From Azolla caroliniana (lineage: Eukaryota; Plantae; Polypodiophyta): 64,000 nt of DNA. Location: NCBI GenBank assembly GCA_043228905.1, contig JBHGNT010000010.1, positions 21,638,001-21,702,000 of the forward strand, in the 5' to 3' direction. A program made the translations under genes and the position numbers. Shown in pieces: positions 33,774-45,249 of the stretch. The notes beneath the pieces were generated by a model that saw only the letters and a program-made list of their open reading frames with translations, was not told the DNA's origin and did not search any database. Every line of letters begins with the position of its first letter. The stretch's first letter is position 1.

Positions 33774-36554
33774 TTACAATCTCATGGCTTCAATCTTCAC
33801 GGCATCCTCTCGTAAACCTGCCTCGGCAATAATGCCAACCATCAAGGCATAAGCTGCACCACAACGATCATCCAATTGTACCGCTTGATCAAAAACCAAT
33901 CTCCCAAGTGTCATATTTCCCCACTTTCTACAAGCACTCAATATTGTAAGCCAAACTGCAGGATAATCAGAATGTGGCATCATATTAATCATTGACATTG
34001 CCTTATCTAAATGCCCTGCAGATGCCAAAAGCATCAGAATGTGGCAATGATGCTCCAACTTTGGAGTAATGCCATACTTTATTGTCATATCCCTGAAAAT
34101 AACTTGAGCCACAGACAACAGGCCTGCACGTTTACAAGCACTCAAAACACAAACAAATGTGACCTCATCAGGTGAGATTCCATCATGTAGCAATCTATCA
34201 AAGCAGCTAAGTGCTTTGTGGCCTTGTCCCTGTAGAGCATATCCTGCAATTAGGACATTCCAAGAGACAACATTTCGAAAAGGTAGCTCTTCAAGCACAT
34301 CCAGCGCTTTTTCAAGCATACCACATTTGGCATACATATCAACCAAAGCATTGCTAAGCATAATATCTCTCTTCAGCATACCCCTATTCAAAATAGCTTC
34401 ATGAATTTTTTTGCTCTCGTCTATGGCTCCTATGCTGCCACATGCTTTCAAGCAACAAACAAACGTAGCCACAGTAGGATAGACGCCCTCACTTTGCATG
34501 TTTTCAAAACAGTTTAGTGCTTCATGACTTTGCCCTTCTTGCACATAGCCAGTTATTAGTGTATTCCATGCGATGGCATCACGAACAGGAAGCTCTTCTA
34601 GCAAGCGACGCGCATTAGTAAGGAATCCACATCTTGCATACATATCCATCAAAGCATTGGCAAGCACAATATCCATCTCCAACAAACCCCTATTTACAAT
34701 CTCCATGTGAATTTGTTTGCCTTTTCGTACAGCTCCTGTGCTGCCACAGGCCTTCAAGATGCCAATGAAGGTGATTGCATCTGGAGAAAGGCCATGGTTT
34801 TGCATCTGTTCAAAACAATTCAATGCATCATGATCTCTCCCCTGTTGGGCATACCCTGCAATCAATGCATTCCAAGATACCACATCTCGAACAGGAAGTT
34901 CTTCAAGCACTTCCTTTGCTTTAACAAGCATTCCGCATTTGGCATGCATAGTCACCAAGGCATTGCCTAGTGCTATATCATTTCCAGGAAATCCTCGACA
35001 TACAATATTTTCATGGATTAATTTACCTTTATCTATATCTTCCATGCTACCACATGCATTTAAGATGCAAACAAAGGTGACCTCATTTGGATATGTGCCC
35101 TCGCCTTGCATTAGTTCAAGACAAGTCAATGCTTCATTGCATTTTCCATGTTGGGCATATCCTGCAATCAATGAATTCCATGAGATAACATCTCGAGCAG
35201 GAAGCTCTTCGAGCACTTGTTGTGCTTTTGCTAGCTGATTACATTTAGAATACATGTCCACTAAAGCATTGCCAAGTGCGATATCTTTATGTAGAAAACA
35301 TCGGTTCACAATCTCCTCATGAATTTGTTTTCCCTTTTCTATACTCCCTGTTGAGCAACAGGCCTTCAAGATACCAATGAAGGTGACAGGATTAGGAAAG
35401 AGACCCTCACTTTGCATATATTCAAAACACTTTAGTGCTTCTTGGTAATGCCCCTCCTGACCATACCCTGAAATTAGTACGGACCAAGAGACAACATCCC
35501 GAATTGGCAGTTCTTCAAGGATCTCTTGTGCCTTGGCACTTAGACCACATTTGACATACATATCCGCCAAAGCAGTGCCAAGCATTATGTCTTTCCACAA
35601 TAAGCCCATCCTCATGATTTCATCATGAATTTGTTTGCCCTTTCCTATGTCCCCTATATTGCCACAAGCCTTCAAGATGCAAATGTAAGTGACTGAATTT
35701 GGAGAGAGACCTTCTCCTTGCATTCGTTCAAAACAGTTGAGTGCTTCACGACTTCGTCCCCATTGGACATAACCCGCAATTAGAGTCGACCAAGTGACCA
35801 CATTTCGTACAGTTAGTCCTTCCAGTACTTCTTGTGCTTTATCAATCAAATTACATTTGACATACATATCCACCAAAGCATTACCAAGCACAACATCATT
35901 CCGGAGAAATCCCATCCTCAAAATCTCATCATGTATGTCTTTACCTTTTCTTAAATCCCCTAAGATACCACAAGCCTTTAAGATGGAGGAAAAAGTAACA
36001 GCATTCGGAGAGATACCTTCATTTTGCATGCATTCGAAGCAATCCATTGCTTCCATACCCTGACCTTGTTGGGCATATCCAGCAATCAATGCCGACCAAG
36101 TTACCACATCCCGAATTGGAATCTCTTCTAACACTTGTTGTGCTTTTGAAAGCATGCCACATTTGGTATACATACTAATCAACATACTAGCTACATAAGG
36201 GCTCTTTGCAAACAACCCTTTCTTCGCAACATCGGCATGTATTTTAATGCCTCTAAATATATCCTTCTTCTTGATACAATCCTTCAGTAAAGCTACAATC
36301 AAAACATCTCCTCCATGTGTTTGGTTTCTGATCTGCTTTTGCTTTTGCTTTAGGTATCCATTTTCTGGTTTCAAAGCTTCTCTTCTAAACAGTTCTTCAA
36401 GGACCCAAGAGGGACTATCAAAAGACAAGGATGCGTATCTCGATCTGTGTATAGAGATGGAATCTCTAAAGTAATCTTTCCATAGAATATTCATTCTTTC
36501 CAGACTTCTTTCGAACTGGCATGTCTTCTGATTATCTACTTGATATGTGCCCAT
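33774..36554 (-). CDS. PLS-E class pentatricopeptide repeat protein, no DYW
   Basis: The ORF track spans 33774-36593; the first ATG is at 36554. About 7 PLS triplets followed by E1/E2 (VWLTILSACRKWGN...AAYALM...EDAVKIEAMRL). Confidence 0.92.
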   Translation of the reverse strand: MGTYQVDNQKTCQFERSLERMNILWKDYFRDSISIHRSRYASLSFDSPSWVLEELFRREALKPENGYLKQKQKQIRNQTHGGDVLIVALLKDCIKKKDIFRGIKIHADVAKKGLFAKSPYVASMLISMYTKCGMLSKAQQVLEEIPIRDVVTWSALIAGYAQQGQGMEAMDCFECMQNEGISPNAVTFSSILKACGILGDLRKGKDIHDEILRMGFLRNDVVLGNALVDMYVKCNLIDKAQEVLEGLTVRNVVTWSTLIAGYVQWGRSREALNCFERMQGEGLSPNSVTYICILKACGNIGDIGKGKQIHDEIMRMGLLWKDIMLGTALADMYVKCGLSAKAQEILEELPIRDVVSWSVLISGYGQEGHYQEALKCFEYMQSEGLFPNPVTFIGILKACCSTGSIEKGKQIHEEIVNRCFLHKDIALGNALVDMYSKCNQLAKAQQVLEELPARDVISWNSLIAGYAQHGKCNEALTCLELMQGEGTYPNEVTFVCILNACGSMEDIDKGKLIHENIVCRGFPGNDIALGNALVTMHAKCGMLVKAKEVLEELPVRDVVSWNALIAGYAQQGRDHDALNCFEQMQNHGLSPDAITFIGILKACGSTGAVRKGKQIHMEIVNRGLLEMDIVLANALMDMYARCGFLTNARRLLEELPVRDAIAWNTLITGYVQEGQSHEALNCFENMQSEGVYPTVATFVCCLKACGSIGAIDESKKIHEAILNRGMLKRDIMLSNALVDMYAKCGMLEKALDVLEELPFRNVVSWNVLIAGYALQGQGHKALSCFDRLLHDGISPDEVTFVCVLSACKRAGLLSVAQVIFRDMTIKYGITPKLEHHCHILMLLASAGHLDKAMSMINMMPHSDYPAVWLTILSACRKWGNMTLGRLVFDQAVQLDDRCGAAYALMVGIIAEAGLREDAVKIEAMRL

Positions 36555-37969
36555 TTGGATAGGGTTTATTGAAGGCAAGAAGAAACAAGGCAATGTTTCC
36601 CTGCCATACCTGATCTATCCCTGCTGCCATTCACTTAATCTTAGATGAAACTTGACAGAAGCTTAGCACATGGTTCCTGGCTCCCTCATAACACTTCAAA
36701 TTTGATGAAGGTTATATATTTTCGTGAATTTTTGAAAGGTGCCATTCAATTTTGGCACACATAACGTTTCACATATGCAAATCTTAAATAATCATATGCG
36801 CTCAGCTTGCTTGCATTTGCACAAGGCTAAACGGTTCACGAGACATCCATGAACCTTGAAAAACTTGGATTTTGCATTTCTGAAGCCTTACGATGGTGGG
36901 GTTCTAAGTGGTGTCCTTATAAAAACCTTCCAAATTTACTTTGAGGATCATGATGCGCACTAAAAAATTTGCTGCCCAAAATATGGTTTGATGAAAATAA
37001 TATTTCACAACCCAAAGCTTGAAAAGAATAGCATTGCTTTAACCTAAGAAAGGGTTGATAATTCACTATTAACCATTTAAGGAGTATATTTCATTGTTAA
37101 TTGTTAAGCAATTAAAATACATATTTTATTACTAATGATGCGTTTGACGCCTAGATTCTTACAAAAATACATGCATGGAAGAGATTCCTTTGATGGAATT
37201 CAATTAAATGCCTAATTGTCCTAATGATAATGAAGGGAAGCCAAATATAAATCTTCAAACACATGACACATATAGAGAAAAGTACTCTTTAATTGTGATT
37301 CAAAGCTTGATTTTAGTGCATATAATTTTTAATACGATGTGGAATCATATATATATATATCCCACACTGTTTTCATAAGAGATGGATGCCTTTTTCATCC
37401 ATTTCTTGGAGAAATTCAAAGTTTTAATTACTTGATAATCATGATCTTTTGTTGAGGGCTTGAATGAGATTCAAATGTCTAAGATTATTTAGTATAATTT
37501 GAAATTTCTCTCTATCTAGGGATCATTTGTTGAGGTAATGGAGCAAATAACGTTGATGGGGACAAAAATGACAAAGGGTGTGTTCTATGACACAATTGCA
37601 AGGAAATATTTTGTGTTTGATTGAGCACCTTCATTTCTTACTAATCTAAAGACTCCATATGAGATCCTGTTTCTAGAGACATTGTAGAAAGAAGATATAT
37701 GTATGTATGTATATACATATCTTATACACTTTTTTTTTAGCGATACATTTGTATGTATATACACATAAGTTGAAAGCTGTGATTAGGGAGTCAACCCCCT
37801 CAAGTTGAAGTGTTCCAAGATAAGCTCTGAAATTTCCTTACTTTGAAAATGCTTTTGTTATCAATTAAAATGAGTGGACACTTCCACTTATCAAACTGAT
37901 AGTCTGGTCTCCTCATTTAAGCAAAATACTGTACGGTATAGTTTCAACCATTTTCTTCATCCAATAATA

Positions 37970-40060
37970 CTACGCTATAGCATAACTAGGATCTATCAGT
38001 AGAGCTTGATCAAAAGCCAAACTCCCAAGCATCGAATTTCCCCATTTTCTACAAGCATCGAGTATTGCAAGCCAAATTCCAAGGCAATTAGAAGATGGCA
38101 TTACCTTAGTCATAGACATCATATTGTCAAAATGCCCAGCAAATCCAAAAACAACCATCAAGCCAGTATAGTGCTCTAAACTTGGGGTAATACCATATTT
38201 GTCAATCATATCTTCGAAAAGCATTTGAGCCTCATTGAATAGCCCAGAGTGGCCACATGCATTCAAAGCACATAGGAATACAACGTCGTTTGGAGAGAGA
38301 CCCTCTCTTTGCATCCTTTCAAAACAGTTAAGTGCTTTACAACCCTGACCATGTTGTACATACCCTGCCATTAGTGCACACCAAGAGACTAAATTCCGAA
38401 TCGGAAGCTCTTCAAGCACGTGTTGTGCTTTCGAAAGTGCACCGCATTTAGCATACAAATCTACCAAAGCAGTGCCAAGCCCAATATCTCTCTCTAGTAA
38501 ACCCCTATTCACAACCTCATCGTGAATTTGGTTACCCTTGTCTATAGCTCCATTGCTACTACACGCTTTCAAGATGCAAATGTATGTGACAGCATTTGGA
38601 GAGATCCCCTCGGTTTGCATCTGGTCGAAAGAATTCAGTGCTTTGTACCATTGTCCATGTTGTACATAACCTGAAATCAGTGCATTCCAAGAGATTATAT
38701 CACGATGAGGTAGCTCTTCGAACATATGTTGTGCCTTATTTAGCATACCACATTTGGCATACATATCTACCAATGCATTTCCAAGCACAATATCCTTCAC
38801 CAACAAACCCCTACCCACAATCTCATCATGAATTTGATTGCCTTGTTCTATATCCCCTGCACTTCCACATACCTTCAAAATGCAAGTGTAGGTGGCTGCA
38901 TCTGGGGAGATGCCTTCACTTTGCATCTGCTGAAAACTATTTTTTGCTTCGTTGCATCGACCTTGTTGGGCATACCCTGCAATTAATGCATTCCAAGAGA
39001 TAACATTTCGAACAAGAAGTGATTTGAGCACTTCTAGTGATTTCACAAGCATACCAAATTTGGCATACATATCCACCAAAGCATTACCAAGCAGAATATG
39101 TTTCTCCAACAACCCACTAGACACAATTTCTTCATGTATATGTTTTCCCTCATTTACTATCCCAACAGTACCACAAGCTTGCAAAATGGAAACAAACGTG
39201 GTGGCATTTGGAGGGAGACCCTCATTTTGCATTTGATAAAAACAATTTAATGCTTGATGAGCTTGCTTTTGTTCGCAATATCCTGAAATTAATGCAGACC
39301 AAGAGATAACATTCCGAATTGGAAGCTCCTCCAGTACATCATGTGCTTTTGTAAGCAAACCACATTTGGCATACATGTCTACTAAGGCAGTTCCCAGAAC
39401 AATATCCTTCTCCAACAAGCCCATAATCATGATTACTTCATGAATTTCTTTGCCTTTGCATAAAGCTCTCATGCTTCCACAAGCCTTCAAGACAGACGCA
39501 AGAGTAAATGCATTCGGAGAGAGACCTTCACTTTGCATCTGTTCCAAAGTGTTTAGTGCTTCATGAACTTTCCCTTGATGTGTGTAACCAGTAATGAGTG
39601 CTGACCAAGACACTATATCCCGAACATGAAGCTCTTCATGAACTCTTTGCGCTTTGTCAAGCATCCCACATCTAGCATACATCTTGATGAGAGAGCTTCC
39701 TAGATAAGGATATTTTCCAAGTAACCTCTTTTTTTGAATATCAGTATGTAGTCTAATGCCAGTGTAAAGATCTCTCTCTTTTGCACAAACTTTTAATAAT
39801 GCTGTGAGAGTGAAGTATTCCTTCTTAGTATTAGCCTCATCATTTTCCACTCTCTCAAGAACATTCTTCGATAGGACATTCACCCTTCGCCTGAACTCTT
39901 CATTAATCCAAGAGGGATTGAAACATCCATGAGCCCACAAACACTCATTTGTGGTTTTACGTGTGAAATCTGGTGAGCTTAAGCATTTCTGTAATAGGCA
40001 ATAAGTCTTCCTGTGAGGAAAAAGAACACTTTTCAAGATAACCATGTCTAAACTAGCCAT
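37970..40060 (-). CDS. PLS-class pentatricopeptide repeat protein with truncated E domain
   Basis: ATG start, ~80-aa N-terminal extension, about 5 PLS triplets, ending at IWLAILDACRKWGN...DPSYAIA. Confidence 0.92.
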   Translation of the reverse strand: MASLDMVILKSVLFPHRKTYCLLQKCLSSPDFTRKTTNECLWAHGCFNPSWINEEFRRRVNVLSKNVLERVENDEANTKKEYFTLTALLKVCAKERDLYTGIRLHTDIQKKRLLGKYPYLGSSLIKMYARCGMLDKAQRVHEELHVRDIVSWSALITGYTHQGKVHEALNTLEQMQSEGLSPNAFTLASVLKACGSMRALCKGKEIHEVIMIMGLLEKDIVLGTALVDMYAKCGLLTKAHDVLEELPIRNVISWSALISGYCEQKQAHQALNCFYQMQNEGLPPNATTFVSILQACGTVGIVNEGKHIHEEIVSSGLLEKHILLGNALVDMYAKFGMLVKSLEVLKSLLVRNVISWNALIAGYAQQGRCNEAKNSFQQMQSEGISPDAATYTCILKVCGSAGDIEQGNQIHDEIVGRGLLVKDIVLGNALVDMYAKCGMLNKAQHMFEELPHRDIISWNALISGYVQHGQWYKALNSFDQMQTEGISPNAVTYICILKACSSNGAIDKGNQIHDEVVNRGLLERDIGLGTALVDLYAKCGALSKAQHVLEELPIRNLVSWCALMAGYVQHGQGCKALNCFERMQREGLSPNDVVFLCALNACGHSGLFNEAQMLFEDMIDKYGITPSLEHYTGLMVVFGFAGHFDNMMSMTKVMPSSNCLGIWLAILDACRKWGNSMLGSLAFDQALLIDPSYAIA

Positions 40061-40352
40061 GCCTCAGGACATTGGTTTTATATTCAAAGAAACCAGCATG
40101 CATACACATTAGAAGAAGTAGTACATATACATTACAGATATCAACACACATATACATGTAACATAACCATAATCAATTCATCACTTACCTTGGTGCTATG
40201 ATTATGGTACCACAGACAAGGATCCTTGAAGAAATCCTTCCATAATATGTGCAAGGCAGCTGCATTTCCATTTGATTTATTGCGCTGCGTCGACAAGGAC
40301 TTCATCCTGCTTTCCGGTAAAACTCAAGACATGAGATGTTAATGATGATTCT

Positions 40353-40354
<2 letters not shown>

Positions 40355-40399
<45 letters not shown>

Positions 40400-40502
40400 A
40401 CACGTGAAATGTAATATTTTTGGTCATATTTGACCTCCGAAGACGATAATATAATCTATCTATCTATCTATAATATCTCTCTCTCTCTCTCTCTCTCTCT
40501 CT
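40355..40502. repeat. (CT)n microsatellites upstream of the third PPR gene
   Basis: Two CT dinucleotide runs. Confidence 0.85.
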
Positions 40503-41335
40503 TTAGAAATTCACTAAAATGCCCTTGGTGGTTTTTTTGAAACTCCCAAAATACCCTCGTGAAACTAGTGCAATACATATATGTAGATTAAAACCACATG
40601 ACAATACGAAAAAACTCTTTGTGACCCAAGAAAACAAATGGAGCATAGAGTTGGTGCTAGAGAGTTGGGATGATGAAACAAAGCGATATGTGTATTGAAA
40701 GGTTGGCTTCGTACTTGTATCATTGCGTGAATTCCTACTATATTCCATCGTAGGCTAGACCTAGCTAAATAATAATCTCTATAGCGGAACAAAGTGACAT
40801 TAATACAACCCCAAGTACTAAACAACAATTTGTTGAATGGAATTGTCATTGTAAAAACATTAACTACATATCCGCATCCCATCGAACTATAATTACAATA
40901 GTCAAATGTCTTATTTGCAAAGTGACACATCAACACTTGTAATTGCAAGGATACCTACATACACGTCACGACTGTTGAACTAGTTTCATCACGTATATGG
41001 CATACCAACATTTTGCAGTTTAGGTTTCATTCTACAATTAATGAAAGGTCGACAAATGATGATAGGAGCTAATATTGGCTCTAATCAGATTATGTTAGAG
41101 TGATTTTGAAAAAGTAAACTACATCTATTTCATAACTCTCAAAGTATGTATAAGTCGTTTTCGGTATTAAATGTCCTCTAGAGTCTATAGGGTTAAAAGA
41201 AAAAACGAAGGAAAAGAAAACATGGTTTACCTCTAGGGCTAAGGATAAAAAACGACGGGAAAAAAAAGCTAAGTTTGCGATCAGATATGGTAAACTATTC
41301 CTCTACACTAAATTTAGAGAAGGTGGTAAAGCTAC

Positions 41336-41336
<1 letters not shown>

Positions 41337-41392
<56 letters not shown>
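41337..41392. repeat. (TA)n(TG)n compound microsatellite
   Basis: Read directly from the sequence. Confidence 0.9.
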
Positions 41393-41395
<3 letters not shown>

Positions 41396-41649
41396 ATATT
41401 ATATGCTTGCCCTACTCTTCCGTTCTTCTCCTCCTGATTCTTCTGATGCTGATCATCAGCAAGACCAATCAATCCATGTCTCAGGTGAATTGTAATGTAT
41501 CCATGTCTCCTCCTCCTTCCTCCTCTCGAGAATTTCTCCGGGAAACCATTTGCGTAATTACGTTGAACCACTGATTTGAATGCTGACGCTCATGATAGCG
41601 TGGTCCGCGTGGATGTGTGTTGTTCAGTTATCTTGATGATGGAATGGTT

Positions 41650-42445
41650 GTCTATTGTGTTTACTTATCTTGTAGGTGATGTGGCATGCCTGTGTCTACT
41701 TATCATGTAGGTGATGATGGTGATGACATGACTGTGTGTTCATGTGTTTACTTATCTTATTGATGATGGTGATGATGATGATGATGGCATGCCTCAATGT
41801 TGTGTTTAATTATCTTGTAGGTAATGATAGTGATGAGTATGAGGATGGTGACACGACCATGGCGGCAAGTGTTGATGTAGCAGAGAGAACGGTTCCTTGA
41901 GAGGGAGAAACAAAGGCAAGGCAAAGCTTTGTCTTCTTAGAATCTGATGATCTTATTCATGATTATAGGGAATATGAATCTTCCTTTGTCATATTTCTCC
42001 TCCTTCGTCTTTGTTATACTGAAATTTCTTTCTATGTTGATCATGACATGATTGTATATTGTGCTTACTTACCTTGTAGGTTATGATGGCATGCCTGTGC
42101 GTTGTGTCTACTTATCATGTAGGTGACGATGGTGATGACAGACTGTGTGTTCATGTTTCTACTTATCTTATCGATGATGGCTATGATGATGATGAAATGC
42201 GTCAATGTTCTGTTTAATTATCTTGTAGGTAATGATGGTGATGAGGATGAGGATGAGGATGAGGATGGCGACAGAGTTAATGTAGCAGAGAGAACGGCTC
42301 CTTGAGAGGGAGGAAGAAAGGCAAGACAAAGGTTTGTCTTCTTAGAATCTGATGACCTTATTCACAATTATAGGGAATACGAATCTTCCTTCATCATATT
42401 TCTCCTCATTCATCTTCGTTGTACTGCAATTGTTTTCTATCTTTC
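41650..42445. repeat. Diverged ~410-bp tandem duplication with GAT repeats, probably in a 5'-UTR intron of the 43021 gene
   Basis: CAGAGAGAACGG.TCCTTGAGAGGGAG at 41881 and 42286, with shared flanks. Confidence 0.8.
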
Positions 42446-43020
42446 GGATGACTATAATGATAATGACCACCACCACCACTGGATCTAGCTCCAACTTTAT
42501 CTATCGAGTCTCCTCCTTAAACTTCAAATTTTATGTTATTTCAGATGTTCATAACGACAATTTTCTCCTTTCTTGCTCTCAGATTTCTTTCTTTTCTTCT
42601 AGTGGTGATGGTGATGGTGATGATGATGTCATATAAACTCGAACATCGTTTCTATTGGCTCCTTAGGATGTTATAATACTCCAATTGCTTTCTTTCTTTC
42701 TAATGGCTTCTAACGACAACTTTGTCTGGCTGTGTTCTTGTCTCATCCTTGGTTATACTTAGCTTTCTTACTTTGGGACTTTTCTAATTAAAACTTTGTC
42801 TATGCTTTCTCATCCTCGTTTCTAACTACAACTTCGGCCACTTCCTCTCGTCCTTGTTTATATTCATTTTTCTTTCAGCAGTAAGGTTTAAAACTCCAAT
42901 ATTTTCTAGATTATGTTGTCTCCTCCTTGTTTATATACTTAGATTTCTATCTGATGGTGATAATGATGGATCTAACTCTAACTTTGTCTATGTTGTAGCT
43001 TTGCTGGATGCGAATGAACC

Positions 43021-45249
43021 ATGGTTGCAGATAGTATAACAGAAGAAGATAGTCCATTACTTGTGGACGAGATATTGCTGACAGGGAAGCTTCCTTATAG
43101 TTTACCGCAACTTCCTCCATACATAAGACAGCCAGTTCTCAAGCACTTCAGGAACTTGAAGCCACCATGTCCATCATGCCACAGCTCAGAACATGTACAT
43201 TTTCGGTACTTCAATAACAAGAACAAATCTCGCACCTTGCAAGCACGCTATGTTTGCAAGAGTCCAACATGCTCTTTCGATTATGTGGCTCCGTCTAATG
43301 CGTCCGCTATTAGTAGTGGTAATGCTAAGAAGAAAGCTTACTATTTCACCTATAATAGCTACCGGTGTAAACAGAAGATATTGTCTTCCTCACGTAAATC
43401 AAATAATATAATCTCCAAGCCTATCAAGATGAAAAGAAAGAGCCAAAGCATGATCAGCAACCCAGAGACAAAGAAACGAGATGATGTTGTATCTACATCT
43501 GACATAGAGCTTTCTTGTCACTTGAAAGAGCAATGTATACCTACTGATCATGATGAGGAGTCGTGTGATCCACAGGTCGCAATGTGCTTTGACCGAGATG
43601 TTGGCAAATGTTATGATCAGGATATACATCCTGAAAAACTAGAAGGGACTTATATGCAAGAAGAAATGAGATTTCCTCATGATAAGATCGGGAATTTGCA
43701 CCAATATTATTATCCAGATTTTCAGAGATATCGTCATCATCTACCTTTACATAGGGAAGATGAATATGATAATGTGCACCAAGAAGTCGGATACCCGCAT
43801 ACTGATGAACCTCACAATTTGAAAGAGAAGTGTGTTAGCAATGATGAGGAGCCATCTCCAGAGCATCCAGTGAGATCCTTTGATCAAGATGCTGGAAGAT
43901 GTTATTATAAATTTGTGCGCTATCCATTTCTACGTAGAGAAGAAACTAGAACTGATCTGAAACAAGAAACGAGATGTGTGCAAATTGATGAATCTCATTA
44001 CTTGAAAGAGCAATCTATTGCTCCAGAATTGTGTCCAGGATTGTGCTTTGAAGAAAACATTGGAAGACTTAACTATCGCAGTCATGTTCATCCATTCCCA
44101 CACACTATTGAAGATGGAAGCTGTGACATGCAACAAGGCATCAATTATTTGCATATTGATGAACCTCTTAACTTAAAAGGGCAATGCATGAATATTCATC
44201 ATGAGGAATCATCACAGGGGATCCCAAAGTGCTCTGAACAAGATATTTTTGGCCAATCTTGTTATCAACCTGTACGACATCCATTTCAACATAGTGAAGA
44301 AAAAGCTCATATGCAACAAGAGACATTCAATTGCTTGCATACCAATAAACCTCATCAGTCAAAAGAACAATGTATTACTATTGATCATGCAGAATTGTCG
44401 ACAGAGCTTGCAATGAGCTTTGAACAAAATATTTTTGCCCGATCTTATTATCAACTAGTGCAATATCCGTTTCAGAATTGGCAAGAAAGAACTGGCATGC
44501 AACAGGAGATGAATTGTTTGCACATGGATGAAGCTTGTCACACGAAAATGCAAAGGATTATTACTGAGGAGTTGTCTCAAGAGCTTGGAGCGTCCTTCCA
44601 TTCATTTCTACATGGAGAAGAAGGAACATACATGAAACAAGAAATCGAACATGTGCAGGATGAGATAGGGCATTTGCTTCATAATCCAGATGGGGATAGA
44701 TATTATAACCAATCATTGCAACGGCTACCTACGCACAGCAAAGATGGATCTGGTGATCATAATATTCAACAAGATCTTGGATGCGCAAATGATCAACCAT
44801 GGCATTTGCTTCCGTATGGAGATGTCAGCCAATTCTGTAGTCCCTCCCTGCATCCACTTCTACATAAAGAAGGAAGCTGTGATGATATATTACAGGAAGA
44901 GATTGGACATGTGCATGATGAACCTTGGACTCTACTGCCATGTCTAGTTGATGAAGACAGGAGCCATAAAGACTATCAGCAAGAGACTAGACATATCAAT
45001 GCTGCTCACGATGAGCCCTTAGCAAATTTACTGCTATATCCAGTTCATGACAATGACAAAGGTGGCCATAAAGACTCTGGATCACCATCTCAAAAGTCGA
45101 GTAATGTCACTAGTGAAGGTAATCATGGTGTGGACAACGTGATGATGAAAGAGGATATATATCCTGGAAATGAAGGTGATCCTCTCCTCTGGACCAACAT
45201 CCCTGACCTGGATCTCGCAAGCATAACTTCTCTCTTCCAAGATCATTAA
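43021..45249 (+). CDS. Putative transcription factor with atypical Dof-like C2C2 zinc finger, ~60-aa and ~40-aa internal repeats, and an acidic C-terminus
   Basis: 742-aa uninterrupted ORF with ACCATGG start context and an in-frame upstream stop. CPSC.....VHFRYFNN...QARYVCKSPTC resembles Dof CPRC....TKFCYYNN....QPRHFCKxC. Confidence 0.75.
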   Translation: MVADSITEEDSPLLVDEILLTGKLPYSLPQLPPYIRQPVLKHFRNLKPPCPSCHSSEHVHFRYFNNKNKSRTLQARYVCKSPTCSFDYVAPSNASAISSGNAKKKAYYFTYNSYRCKQKILSSSRKSNNIISKPIKMKRKSQSMISNPETKKRDDVVSTSDIELSCHLKEQCIPTDHDEESCDPQVAMCFDRDVGKCYDQDIHPEKLEGTYMQEEMRFPHDKIGNLHQYYYPDFQRYRHHLPLHREDEYDNVHQEVGYPHTDEPHNLKEKCVSNDEEPSPEHPVRSFDQDAGRCYYKFVRYPFLRREETRTDLKQETRCVQIDESHYLKEQSIAPELCPGLCFEENIGRLNYRSHVHPFPHTIEDGSCDMQQGINYLHIDEPLNLKGQCMNIHHEESSQGIPKCSEQDIFGQSCYQPVRHPFQHSEEKAHMQQETFNCLHTNKPHQSKEQCITIDHAELSTELAMSFEQNIFARSYYQLVQYPFQNWQERTGMQQEMNCLHMDEACHTKMQRIITEELSQELGASFHSFLHGEEGTYMKQEIEHVQDEIGHLLHNPDGDRYYNQSLQRLPTHSKDGSGDHNIQQDLGCANDQPWHLLPYGDVSQFCSPSLHPLLHKEGSCDDILQEEIGHVHDEPWTLLPCLVDEDRSHKDYQQETRHINAAHDEPLANLLLYPVHDNDKGGHKDSGSPSQKSSNVTSEGNHGVDNVMMKEDIYPGNEGDPLLWTNIPDLDLASITSLFQDH

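Noticed and set aside
29220-39236. Antisense ORFs overlapping the PPR genes
   Set aside because: Shadows of the repetitive PPR coding strand.
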